A model generated the notes under the pieces. That model saw only the letters and a list, made by a program, of their open reading frames with translations, ran no database searches and had not been told where the DNA came from. Both the position numbers and the translations under genes were made by a program. Positions 12,601 through 26,461 of a stretch of 64,000 nucleotides of DNA are shown one piece after another. This DNA comes from the human T2T-CHM13v2.0 reference genome, Homo sapiens: NCBI RefSeq assembly GCF_009914755.1, contig NC_060941.1, one strand, 5' to 3'. Positions within the stretch are counted from its first letter, which is position 1. Every line of letters starts with the position of its first letter.

Positions 12601-15600
12601 CCTCCCAGCCCCGGGCAGCAGCGTGGCTCAGGAGGGGACGAAGGGGATGGAGGTCCCCCTGGAGCCACCAAACAAAACAAAACTGGCAGCCCCTTTTGGG
12701 GGAGGGACCCCACGAGGGTTTCTCGCCTCTGGGCCAAGCTCACCCCAGGCAGTTTTTCGAGAACCACCCTAAAGGCAGTGACCTCAAAAGCCTATTTGTC
12801 CTCTCAAGTCTGTGCCAAGTTGTCAGTTCGCCACAAACTCCCTTTTCATTCTGTCTTAAAAGCAGCTGTGTGACCGAGTCCCACACACCCCACCCTCCTT
12901 CCCACACTCGCGCCGCACCCCTTCCTCTCCCCTCTCCCCAGATGAGGCCATGCTTTCCCAATAACCAAGTGGGGAGCTCGGGGTTGGAAATAAGCTGGCT
13001 TGGGTTCCAGGAAGACAAAGGGGAAGAATAAGCACCAAAGGGACCGGAAAATCATAAATAAATGTGCTGAGCCGGAAACTTTCTTGGGCTTAATTAGGAA
13101 TTAGTTCTGCCATCTGTTGAAATGAGGCCGGAGGAGACTGCAGGCCCTGGAGCTGTGCTGAGGAGCCTTCGGGCCAGCTCCTCCAAGGGCCTCTGCTCTG
13201 CCCTCATTCCCTTTAGTAGCCTCGGAAGCCCCATCGTTCTGCCAGAATGGCACTGAAAGGGTTAAATGGCCTTTGTAAATAGCCACTTGTCCAGGAAAAC
13301 TCAAAGCATGGATGACATGTGACAGTGTCTGTTGATTTCTTGTGCTCCCCAAATAAGTTCTGGGGAGACTGGGCTGGTCAGTGTGGGATGCCTGGGTGGC
13401 AGATACCTCTGAATCCACATGGGGAAGGAAGGTCTTGGTGTGCTGTCCCCAGCAGTGAGGCTGTTGTTCAGGCCCTGGCAGACATGGCTGGCTCACCCCC
13501 AGGTGGCCACCGCAGATTCCTGAGCAATCAGGTCTCCGGTGGCTGCTCTGTGCCAGGTGGCGCACCTACTGGAGGTCACGCCGGACCTCCTTGCCTTGTT
13601 CCCCCCGTGTGGGACAGGCGGCATTTACTCCCAAGGTGCACAGTTGGATCGAGGCTTCTCCGCCAAGTTCCTTGTCTGTGCGGTGGCAGCGAGGCCTTGA
13701 ATGGGGCCGTGTTGTTAGCGCAGCACCTGCGCAGTGTGCAGAGGGGGCCACGGTGAGCATGACCGTCTTCAGCATCATCTTGGTCAGCTGCCACATCCCA
13801 AGAGTGGCCTCAAGATGAGCCTCTCTGGGGGCTGGCCATGAGACTGGGGACATGACCTCAGCTACCTCAAGAGAGCAGGCCCTGGGTGTCCACACTGGTG
13901 TCACGGTGAGATCTAGGAGCACCCAGGTTTGCTCTGGGCAGCCTCTCTGTTGCCACATCCCAGCTGTGGTGCGTGGAGAGGAGGCCTCTCTGCTCCGCCG
14001 CCCCCAGCATCTACTCCCACCCACTTTGAGGAAGCTCTGAGCTGGGAGAATGAAAGGCAGGCTCATCTCACAGAGGGGCAGGGGCTCTAGCCTCTGCCAG
14101 CCACAGGTAGACCAGGGATGCTGAGGGGAGACGCAGCACAGAGGATGTTCTTTGTGCTCACAGGCCCAGCGCAGGGACTTCAGATCCCAAATCTGAGCAC
14201 CTAAGCCGATGGCGGGAGGCTGCCCCTGCCCCGCCGCAGGGAGCTCTCGGGCTGAAGTATTGGCAGCTTCATTACTTCAGTCCCATTACCAACTTTCACC
14301 GACAGATGCCTGCAGGCGCCTCCCATGAACAGCTGACTTGGTGCGGGGCGCCCCATTTGGGGTTATTAAAATCCGGATTCTTTTTAACAAAGGCTGCTCT
14401 GGAGTGCCACAGCCCTCCTCGGGCCTGGGCTGCCGAGGACCGCAGGGTTCCCTTCCCTCTGATTGTGTATGCGGAGCAGACGCTGCACACGCTCTTTTTG
14501 CATCTGTGTTCCCCTCAAAGTGGGTCAGACACCGTCCTCTTCAGGCGTTTGTGGATGAACTTGAGCCTGCCTCATGAAGTTCTCGGCCCCACTCTCTCCA
14601 CCTCCCTCAGCAACTGCCCCAGATTTGTTTTCCAAGCCGACAGGGAGAGGTGGGACATGGTGGTGGTGGCAGGTGAGGCCCCCAAGAGGAAGCCATCACC
14701 TGGGGACATGAGGCTTTCTGGTGTTTACCTGTCTCCAAACCCATGACTGATCCCTGCAGACAGCCTCCCAGTGGGACTGCGCTGATCCATCACCACCGGC
14801 AGCCAGGGGTCTCGTGTCTGGGCCATCTGGTGCCCACTGCTGCCAGCTTGGTGTTGGAATTCCTCCAACCACTCAACTAGTGCCTCTCAGAGGTCCCAGA
14901 AGGACCCCCCAAAATGCCCCCTGTGCCTCCATCCAGACAGCCTCATGTGCCAGCACCACGCCACCCTGCTGTCAGCAGCCCTGCACGGCCCAGGTCTCTG
15001 CGGCAGCCCTGCCCACCCTCCAACTGGGCCACTGTCCAGGGCTCTCCTGGGCTGTTCCGTGTCCAGTCATGACTGGTTACACTCCCAGTGGAGGGAATCT
15101 TGAAAAACCTTTTGTATATGTTTCATTTTGGTCTTAATTTTATTCTTGGTTTTCTAGAAGTTCTTTTTGCAAATGCACAGAGGCCCATTTATAGGAGAGG
15201 AACCCAGTGTTTCTGTTTTAAGGTAAAGTGGGCAGGTAATGAACGCTTGCTGGCAAACAGCCAGCCATGTGCCGCCAAATGACTCCCTTCCTTAGCATCA
15301 GTCAGGACTGACCTGAGAGTTCACTTGGCCCGAGCAAAGGGTGTTGCCCTTGCAGCCGTACCTCTCCTCTAGCAGCCTTTGTTATCAGCTCTGATCTGTG
15401 TACGGCCGAGATGGGCAGATCCAGCTACCAGACAAAGACTCCTGCAGTGCCCAGGAGGTCGGTGGCCCAGCTGTCCGGGCACTGACAAGGCAAGGAAACT
15501 AAGTCCCAGATCACTCGTGGTTGTGGGTCGAGTCTGACCCGACGATGGTGATGGTCATGGCCTCTGTGCAGAACTGGGCTTCACGTGGGAGGGTGAGTCT

Positions 15601-17072
15601 TAACCTTGCAGCAAGTCAGGCCGTCATATACATCTGCAGGGCTGCCACGGCCCACAGCAACCCTGGAGCTCCAGAGTTACGTTCAGACCCAGGAGGGGCC
15701 ACCCATCCTTGCTCGGTGCCACCTTTCATCTTCCTCACTCTCTCCTTCCCGTCTCTCTCTGCATCTAGCTGGCTGCTGGAGAGGAAAGGGCTGAGCAGCC
15801 TGCAGGAAAGGTGACAGCGCCTGAAATTTTATGTTTCCAATCTCCAGGAAGGAGATTAGTCAGCCAGCAGCCAGAGGCCCTGCCTTCCCAATGATTGCAC
15901 ACTGAGCTTGCTCTGACAACTTAAGAATGAAAAATTGAGACCCTGCCCTCCCAGGCGCCACCTGCCAGGCTCCGAGGGTGTGGGGAAGTGGAAGGATGAA
16001 AGGCCAGAGCCCGTGATTTCTGACGGAAGGCTTGATTGCTCCAGAGGCTCAGACACTTGCCCTTCACCAGGCTGCTGCCACCTCCTGCCACCCTGGGGAG
16101 AGGGGGACTCTGCTCTCAGTCCTTTGGGCTAAATAATTTAGCCACAGGATAGAACCTCGTCCTATAAAGCTGCTTGTTTCAGCACTCTCCTCTTCTCCCG
16201 GGGTGAGGAGTGAACGAAGCTAGAATCCTCCAGAAAGCACAGAAGCTGGCCCACATGGGAAGATCAGTTGGCTTTAGATTCCCTCCTTTCAGCAGAAACC
16301 CAAGTGCATGGTGGGTGAGTTGCTAGGCAAAGCTGGCATATGCTGGATGCCCTACAGGTCTGGAATGAAAACCAGACCCAGGGCCAAGATGCTTTTGGTG
16401 CCTGGCACATCCCTGTGGGGGCCTCCTGTAGTCCCCAAAGGGAGCTCCTCCCAGGCAGAGCCCTCACCCACACCACAGCCCAAGTGTAGGCAGGTGCCAC
16501 CCCAGGAAGGATGGGCCAGCTCAGGCTCCAAAGACCCTGTCTCCTTTAGCCCCTCCCAGAGAGGGCACACACCTGGAGGCCCCAGAGGTGGGGTAGTGGG
16601 GATTGCCTGGCCTTGAGGGGCCTTAAAAGATGCTGGCGGTGGTGGGGGTAGGCGGGGGCGTAAGAGGAGGAACTGAGGGTCACTCTGGTTGGCAGAGCAG
16701 GGGTGAGCAGCCTGTTGGGGTCCTACTTGCCCTCCTCCCCATCCCTGACCCCCAGAGCCCCAAAGGTTTGCTGAGGCCAGTGATAAGGTGTTCCTGGGAA
16801 CTGTTCTGACAGCAGCTTGACCTGGCCAGGAAGGCAGGATCACTAGTATCATCCAGTCCCCCTCGTTGGAGCACAAGGGGAGCTAGATGAGAACTCAGCA
16901 CTGACACAGTTTTTTCTGCTTGCCTGGGAACTGGGCTTTCAGCAGGGGCAATGGGTTTCTGCAATGATAGAAGGCATGTGCAGCTTCCTGAGCGATTGCT
17001 GTGAGCCAGGTTTTACCAGCACGGCACTGCCCTGTCTCACTCCAACCCTTCAGCGTCCCTACAGTCATCTCC

Positions 17073-17369
17073 TTTTTTTTTTTTTTTTAGACAGAGTCTC
17101 GCTCTGTCGCCCACACTGGAGTGCAGCAGCACAATCTCGGCTCACTCCAACCTCCACCTCCTAGGCTCAAGTGATTCTCCTGCCTCAGCTTTCCAAGTAG
17201 CTGGGATTACAAGCATGGGCCACCACGCCCAGCTAATTTTTGTATTTTTAGTAGAGATGGGTTTTCTCCATGTTGGCCAGGCTGGTCTCGAACTCCTGAC
17301 CTCAAGTGATCCACCCACCTCGGCCTCCCAAAGTGGTGGGATTACAGGCATGAACCACCGTGCCCGGCC
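17073..17369 (-). mobile_element. Alu (AluS-like)
   Basis: Reverse Alu consensus. Confidence 0.95.
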
Positions 17370-18726
17370 GCATCTGCATTTTTAAAGGTGATAAAACAGT
17401 TTGCCCCAAGATTACACAGTTAAGTGGCAGATTCAGGAGCTGTGCCCAGTGTAACTTGGCCGTTTCCAAGCCAGGACTGTGTCCTAGTGTCGCTCACACC
17501 TCTAGGCTGCAGGATCCTTGGGCTCTTCTTCCACCTCCAGCCTGCAAATGTGGGTCTCCTTCTGCCGAGGTCAGTCCCATTATTTAAGGAACAAATGCCC
17601 AATCACCTCCCCCTGTTTTAGGGCCAAGAGGCTGGTCTCCAGTGGTTCTCTGCTCAGGCTGGTATTACGCACCCACCCCTTCCGAGGCCCAGCTAAAGCC
17701 AAGAGAGCCCTGCAGCCCGGCACCTTCCAAGGGCTAAGTGGTGGTGAAGGAGGGAGCTGGCGCCAAGTCCTCCCCTAGTCCTGTTCCCCGCCTGGAGTGC
17801 CGGTGCCTGAGCTGGTGATGGGCACACTGCCGGCCATTTGTTATCATTAGCCCTGGCATGTTGATTCTCTGCTTGGAAAAGAGAGTGCCGCTCCCAGACA
17901 GCCACCGTGACGGATGGCCTCCACCTCACAGTGTCAGAGCCAGAGCCACACATGGGGAGCAGGGAATGGCACGGGGCTTGGGGCGCCCTGACCTCAGGGA
18001 CATCTGGAGCCAGGTTCAGAGGTCAGAGAGTTGTGGGAGCAGCTCTCCAGGAAGCAGCCCTGCCAAGGCACAGCTCAGCACTGGCGTGTGGAAAAGGCCT
18101 GGGGGCCCATGCCTGGAGGAAGACCCTTCACCCTTGGCCCTCAGGGTCATGGCTCTGAGTGTGTGTGCACAACTCGGACACCCAAAGGGATTAGGGAGGA
18201 GGAGTGTGCCGCGTGCGGTCTGGCCCTAGTGGATGCATGTCCTCATACTCCTCATCCCTTCCAGGCCCTGTAGAAGGGGATGAGCGGGCTGGGGGAGGGG
18301 GCTTCTGGGCAGGGACCGTTGGGCAGGGCCCTCTATGGCTCCCAAGAGCCTCTGTTCCAGCTCACATCCTTATGGAGATGTCCCTCTGATGGTGGCCCAG
18401 GACCACAGGCCAGTTCCATAGCACCCCAGACCCAGCCAGTGCCTCCCTCACCAGATCAGGCTGCCCTGGGGGTCACAGCCCGGGGGTACTCAGAGCCCAT
18501 TTGTCCTTGGGCTTTTCGAGAAGGATTGGTGCAGCGTCTCAGCTCCACCCTAGGTCTTCAGCGTCCCCATGCAAATCAGGGCAGATGACAGGGTTAGAGT
18601 GAGGAGTCCTGGACCAAGGTTGGTGGCAGGAGGGGGAAATCTTTCAAATCCTTAGCATCTCAGGTGCTTCCCAGGTACGCACACATCCACACAGCCCATA
18701 GACCCCCAGCACAGGAAACCCCACTG

Positions 18727-19278
<552 letters not shown>

Positions 19279-22200
19279 CTAGATGCTTCTCGGTGCTTCT
19301 CTGTCAGAGCCCAATGGGTTTGTTGCCACCTTCAGGGAGAGCGTGGGCGGCATTCAGGCTGCCCAGAAGTAGCCCTTGCTTAATTCCAGAGCCAGTCATG
19401 GGGATGAGGAAAACAGGAAAGCCACCAAGACGGACTCAGTGCCTCAGCATCGCATGCTCATGGGGAAAGCTTCATGTGTGCCCCCAGAGCGGAGGTAGGG
19501 GCTCCTGGGATGGCTCTTTCTGCTCCACCCCTCCCCGCCCAGGCCTGGAGAGCTCTGGCCCCTGTGCCCCAACTCCAGTGGTGCCTGGGAAGGTCACCCA
19601 ACTCTCTCCAGCCCCACACAGACCCCAGCATTCTGTAAGGAAGGCGGAGTCCTGCCCAGGCCTCACATGGCTCAGAGACCAAGGCAGCACTGCCTGGGAG
19701 GACCTGGAAGGAGCTCGTCCCTCTCCGTACCTGCAGCTCAGCCAGCCCTTATGTTGATGCCCAAGGGTGTGTGTTCAGCGCTGGAAGGAAGGGGCTCGCT
19801 ACTGACCACTCTGATCTTTCTGTCCCTGCCCACAGAGACCGAAGAGAGGTGAGCTGGGGGTGCTGGTAGGACTCCCCGAACATGAGCATCAGGGCCCTGG
19901 GCCCCAACTCCAGACACCTACTCATCCCCATCTGGCCCCAAGAACAAGTCACCTTCAGCTGCTACAAGGGCTTGGCCCAGTCACGGCTTCATCCCTCCAA
20001 TAAGGCCCCCTTCTTTCCCCAGGCCCCCAGGGTGAGGTTCCAGGAGGGCAGGGATATTCTGGAAGGGAGGGAGAGATGTTGACTTTCATCCCCTTATAAA
20101 CCAGCGCCACCTTTGCCGTTTGGCAGGTGTTCAGAGTGGGTGGGCTCACCTGTCCTCCTCCCTGCCAAGGAGAGAGGCCGTGAGGACAGATGTGGAGGCA
20201 GTGCCTGCAGGGACTTCTTATCTGGCTGTTGCCAGGCTGAGGCTGTCTGGGGAAAGGCTGCTTCTCTTCGCTTCTCTTCTGACTGCTTTAGGAGCCTGAG
20301 GACTCGGATGTTATAAGAACATATCTTGATGTGAAATTGCTCCCTGACCGCCACGCTTGAGGTTGCGGTAAAGCCGATATTAACAAGAACCTTGGCTTGT
20401 CCAGATGCCCGTACACTGGATGTGCCTCCTGGCAGCTCAGTCCTTGTGTAAATTTTACTTCTAGCCTCCTCAGAAAGGGAAGGCAGGCACCTTCTCTGAC
20501 TGGCCTCTGGCAGCTCAGGACTCGTGCCTGTTTTATCTCAGCTCCAAGACAATGACTTCCTGTGCCTTCGCTCTGTCTTCCTCACTCCCTCCCCAGGTGT
20601 CAGTGTGCGAGGGAGGGGAGTGGCTGTGGCCCAGGTGAATCAGTGTGGCGAGGCCTGCGTGTGGAGCTGAGATCCACTATCAGGATGAGCCTGTGAGCAG
20701 CCAGCAGCCTTGGCAGGCGACCTCGCGGGGCCTCAGTGAGGCTCTGCCTATGGGTGTCCTCGGGGGCCCCCCTCCTCGTCTCTACCCCGCATTGAGCTGC
20801 TCCTAAAGCATGAGGAGTCACAGCAGCCACAGACCTATAGGGTCGGAACGGCTCCGAAAGGTCCTCCACGTCCCGTCTGACACCTGCTTCCCCTCTGGGA
20901 CCCCCACCACGTGCCTCCTTCCCTCAGGCTTGGCCGCCTCCCGCGACGGGGATCTCATCATGTACCCCACAGCTAGTGTGCCTGATAACCAGCCCGTTCT
21001 TTGGTTATAATTTGTCCCCTGTACCTTCCACCTGGACTCTGGTACCCTGGACTCTGGGCTCCAGAAGGACAGGACCCCTGTCTCAGTGTGCTGTCCCCAG
21101 ATGGCCAGCATAGTGCCCAGCACCCAGGGGAAACTCAGTCCATTGTTGTTGAATGAAGGAATGAACAGTCCAGTTGGGCCCATGGGTGACACAAGACAAA
21201 TGCGGTGGCTTTTGCGTTGGCTTTTACTCAGATATTAAGAGAGAAGTCTTCTGCCTCCCCTTGTCATTTTGTAGCTGAGCCTTCCGAGGCCCAGCAGCCG
21301 CTCGTGTGACCTGTGTCAGCCTCCTCCTCTGTCCTCCCCTCTGCCTCCTCCCAGCTTCTCACTGCTGCTCTCCACCACTCAGAGCGGGACTCCCAGTGTG
21401 CAATTGTGGGTGGATGTGGATGCGGATGTTCTGGGCACTGCCTGTGATAGGCTCTTGGGGAACTGCAGGCCCTGCTGGGGGCCGACCCCCCTGCACATCT
21501 GACTGTGAAGTCCTGGGTGTCTGGTCCTTAGCATGTCTGGGGAGCACTTTCTGCTCTGTCCCGCCTCCACACCCGTCTGGCTTCCCACGCAGCCTCCACG
21601 AGGTGGGCGCAGGCTGTCTTGGCGGCTGTGGCTGAGCCCCGGGCGTCGGTGTGGCTCTTGGAGCCCTGCTCCCCATCGCGCATCCTGGCAGGGTCTCCAT
21701 AACCTGTCATCCTCGTTTCATCTTGATTTATGATCAGACCTAATGAGTTTTTGGAGCAGCTGTCTCCCAGGGATGTGGCGATCAATCTAGGAGATGGCTG
21801 TTGAACTTTGCTCCTCCCGCAGCCAGGGGAGGCAGGGAGGGGCCAGACAAGGGGGTGGGGCCACAGGAGCCTCGCCAGGTGGGCAGTGGGGGTTAAGCCT
21901 CGGGCCATGGTCCCAGGACTCTGCAAGGTCAGGGCCCTGACCTCCCCTCTGTCCCTCCCTTCCTCCCTTCCTTCCTCCTTTCCTTCCTTTTCTCCCTTCC
22001 CTCCCTTTCCTCCATCTCCCAGGGAAACGAGCTTCTAGATGGTGCTAGTTTCTTTTGAATTTGCTGGTTTGGAGACCAGGCTGGAACAGTTCCCTTCACT
22101 CTCCACTCCCAGGGGACAGATCCCAGCACCCGCCTTCATATCCTCATGGTGGTGCCGAACTGGAGGGCCCTGCCCCCTCCCCAGGTAGCTGGGTTCACCT

Positions 22201-22791
22201 TCTGCCTCAACTGGGGCCATTTCCACTGGGAAGCTGGTCCTCACCCCTGTTTTGGGGGCGTGGCTCTTCTAGAACCACCTGTCCTTCCCGGATATGCTCC
22301 TCACCATGGCGGCCTCTCCCCCTCCTGGTGTGTGAGCGCCCTGAGTGCAGGTCAGGATTCATGGGTGAATGACCCACCTCTGCTGGGTGCACACTCGGTC
22401 TGCTCAGCCCCAGAGCTGGTGGCATCTCCATGCAGCCGAGCTGCCACACAGCTGGGTGAGCTTTTGACAGCAGTGCAGGGTGTGACCAAGGGGAGTTCAC
22501 GAAAGCCCACATGGCCCTGCAGCTGCGCCTGCCCCGTCAGGTGTTTATCCCACTTTCTAACACTCTGGAATCACCTCCCAAGAGCTTCTAGCATCTGCTT
22601 CTGACTCGTAGGCGGCAGCAAACATCCAGCCCACGAAGGTAGACTTGGTTTTTGCAAATAGACTTGTTTAAGACAATCAAAAGAATGAAATGGGTGACTA
22701 ATCTAGGTAATCTAGGTAGTGGCATTACGAGGTGAAACTAATTATGGCTAGAAGATCATGAAATCCTTTTTTAATCACCCATATCCGTGGC

Positions 22792-23107
<316 letters not shown>

Positions 23108-25700
23108 TGAAGGTTCTAGAAGTTGTTCTACATCATTGTTGGTGTCAAAGGTGCCTCTTCCCAAGACAGCTGCTCTGGAGGACGCCAGTTAGAAGGTGTA
23201 TGTTTCAGGGGTGTATGTGTGTGTGTACAGCCGTCTCATTTCTTTGGAAACCTACTTTATAAATTGGTTTATTTACCATGAGGAAATCCCACAGTCAGGG
23301 CTGTAAGGAGAGCTAGCTGCCTTTCTTTGGAGATGTGAGGCTGGGGAGTTAGAGGAGCAGAGAAGCACGAGCTGTGTCCAGGGCAGGAGAGAGCAGTGGC
23401 AGGGATGCTCACGTCCAGACAGCTGACCTCTTCCTGCCTTCTTGCCTGCTTGCTCACCAGACCCAGGGCCCAGGGCCGAGTGACAGACAGCTAGAGGAAT
23501 TCTCCACTTGCCTTTTTCTAAGTTCATGCCAGCCTTGGGCAGGGCCAAGTGCCAGGTCTCAAGGTGGTACCTCGAGATGGCAGTGGCAGTGCAGGATTTG
23601 AATCTTGCCCTACAGCAGCTGCCCCCATTGCCCTGACCCTTGTGCCCCACTTATGGTGGCAGAACAGTCTGCTGCAGCCTCCTGAATAACAAATCACCAG
23701 GTGCCCCGGGCCCAGTCTGGCCTCTGTACCCCCACCCCATCCTGCTCAGCTCTGCTCTGTAGCCCTTTCTGGCTCACAGGGACTCCGCCTCCAGCCTGTC
23801 TGCTCTCTCCCCGGTACCCCTCCTGCACATCCTGCCCTGACACAACTCCTGTGGGGTGGATCTCTCACATAGGCACAGCTGTGCACACCCCCCTCTACCC
23901 ACCCGCAGAAATCTCTGGGGCAAGCAGATTGCTCAGGGTCCTGGGCTGTCCCACAGGTGTCCTGTGCCATCCACCCCCAGTGGGTGAAGCTGGAGGCAGC
24001 TCCCTGGGCTGAGACTGGAAGGAGGAACTAGGTCGCCGCTTCCGCTTGACTGACCAGGGTTGGGACGATTTGTGATGTCGGGGGAGGAGGAGTCCCCAGG
24101 CCCTCAGAGTCAGGAGTGGCGGGGACTGGAGCGGGCGGTGAGAGGCAGAAACAAATCATCTTCTTTACCGGCAATTTTCTCAGGCCGGTTTCCACGCTCC
24201 CCTCCTCCCCTCCTGTCCCCGACAGTGTCAGGCAGTTCTGATTAAAAGTAATAGATGAAGATTCCATCTCACTCCCAGTGTCATTGTGGGAAGACATTGC
24301 CTGGTTTCCTGTGGGTCCCATCAGAACCACCTCTTCCTTCCAGGAGTCAGGGAGTGGGCCTGGCCCAAAGGGGACCATAGGATACCCAGCCTCCCACCTG
24401 CAAAAGAGCCCTGGGGCTCTGCGGGGGGCCCCAGACAGGAGCCACCGAGCTGTGAGCTGGCCTCTTTGGCCACTGCCCCTTCACACTTGCCTGTGCTGCT
24501 CACCAGGAAATGTCACGTGTCCCCGTGGGCTTCACCTGAGGGGTGAGGGCACAGGCTAGAGAGGCTGTCAGATATGTTCTGAACAGAGAGAGCAGGGCTT
24601 GGTCAGCTTCAGAACAGACACGGACACTGGTGGTCTCCGTGTGTGAGTAGCTAACCACGGTTCTGGGTAGCCCGGAGAGCAGAAGCGGGAGACACAGAAA
24701 GATCTAAGAGTGCCATCTCCTCAGAGCACTGGGAACACAGCCCCTTGTCCCTGCGGTGCGCAGGCTGCCTCTGGGGAACTCAGCCTGGAGGGCGTGCTGT
24801 GAGCCTGTCTCCAGTGGCAGCCCAGGAGGAGGGTCACCGTAAAGGGCTGCGAACTGAAGCCAGCCTGGTCTCCATCAGCAACGCAAGCTGTTTGCTCTGA
24901 ACAGATGGGGCCACAGGCCCCCTTCCACTTCCACAGAGGGTCCCCTGTCCCCTAGCTGTGCTGCCAGGCCCAGGAAAACAGAGCCACATGCCACCTGCCT
25001 CCAGCCTCGGTGTCAGCAGCTCAGGACTCGGCAGTCCGCAGCCTTGGTCCTTGATGCTATTTCTGCCCTGGCGTGACCACTGGCAACTTCCTGCCTGCCC
25101 TTGGCCCCTAGGCACTCACCTGTCTGCCCAGGGCTCCCAGCACTCCTGCCTGTCGGCCTCAGCTGTGTCTAGCAGATGCCCTCGGCCCAGGAGGACACCT
25201 CCTCCCAAACACTCCATGCCCTTCTTCGTCTACCCCCCAGCACTCCAGCCTCACATTCCTTAAACCAAGGGAGAGAGGGTGACCCTGTGTCCTGACCCAG
25301 CCTGCTCCCTGCGAGGAAGCTGGCAGAGCCCCTGAGAGCCCTGGGGGTCTGATGAGGGAGCCAGGCAGTGCCTGCCCAGGACTGGCCCTCCTCTAAGAAG
25401 ACAGAGTTGCTACCTCTGCAAAGCCGGACCACCCTGCCACTGGCCCCACTGCAGCCCTGTCCCCACATACCCAGGCCCCCTGCTCAGCAGGGAGAGGGGA
25501 GAACAGGACAGAGAGGGATGCGGGACCTTCCTCTGATGAGCAGCCACTGTTGAGCCACCCAAGAACAGGGCTGCATGAACATGCATTTAATGACTCTTTC
25601 TCACAGGGCTCTAGTCCCCGCAAAGGCGCCCCCCAGACCAGAAACTCAAGGTAGGGCCGTGCCTGTCCCCACCAGGTGACTCCTCTCTCTCGTTTCCCAG

Positions 25701-26461
25701 CTTTCGCCGTCATGATTGTGCTGGCCCTGATCCGCATCGGGCACGGACAAGGGGAGGGGCACCCGCCCCTGGCTGACTTCTCGGGGGTCCGGAACCTGTT
25801 TGGGGTGTGCGTCTACTCCTTCATGTGCCAGCACTCTCTGCCATCCCTCATTACCCCCGTCTCCTCCAAGCGCCACCTCACAAGGCTGGTGTTCCTGGAC
25901 TACGTGCTGATCCTGGCCTTCTACGGCCTCCTCTCCTTCACCGCCATCTTCTGCTTCCGCGGCGACAGCCTCATGGACATGTACACCCTCAACTTCGCGC
26001 GCTGTGACGTCGTGGGCCTGGCCGCTGTGCGCTTTTTCCTGGGCCTCTTCCCCGTCTTCACCATCAGCACCAACTTCCCCATCATTGCCGTGACCCTGCG
26101 CAACAACTGGAAGACACTCTTCCACCGCGAGGGCGGCACGTACCCGTGGGTGGTGGACCGCGTCGTGTTTCCCACCATCACCCTGGTGCCGCCTGTGCTG
26201 GTGGCCTTCTGCACCCACGACCTGGAGTCCCTGGTGGGCATCACAGGGGCCTACGCGGGCACCGGCATCCAGTACGTCATCCCCGCCTTCCTGGTGTACC
26301 ACTGCCGCAGGGACACCCAGCTGGCCTTTGGCTGTGGGGTCAGCAACAAGCACAGGTCCCCTTTCCGCCACACCTTCTGGGTGGGCTTCGTGCTGCTCTG
26401 GGCTTTCTCCTGCTTCATTTTCGTCACGGCCAATATCATCCTCAGCGAGACCAAGCTCTGA
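25701..26461 (+). CDS. TMEM104: TMEM104 last coding exon (AFAVMIVLAL...IILSETKL*), multi-pass amino-acid-transporter-fold C-terminal half
   Basis: tttcccag|CT acceptor. 761-nt frame with strong GC3 codon bias and several TM segments (FGVCVYSFMCQHSLP, FPVFTISTNFPIIAVTLRNN). TGA at 26459-26461. Confidence 0.95.
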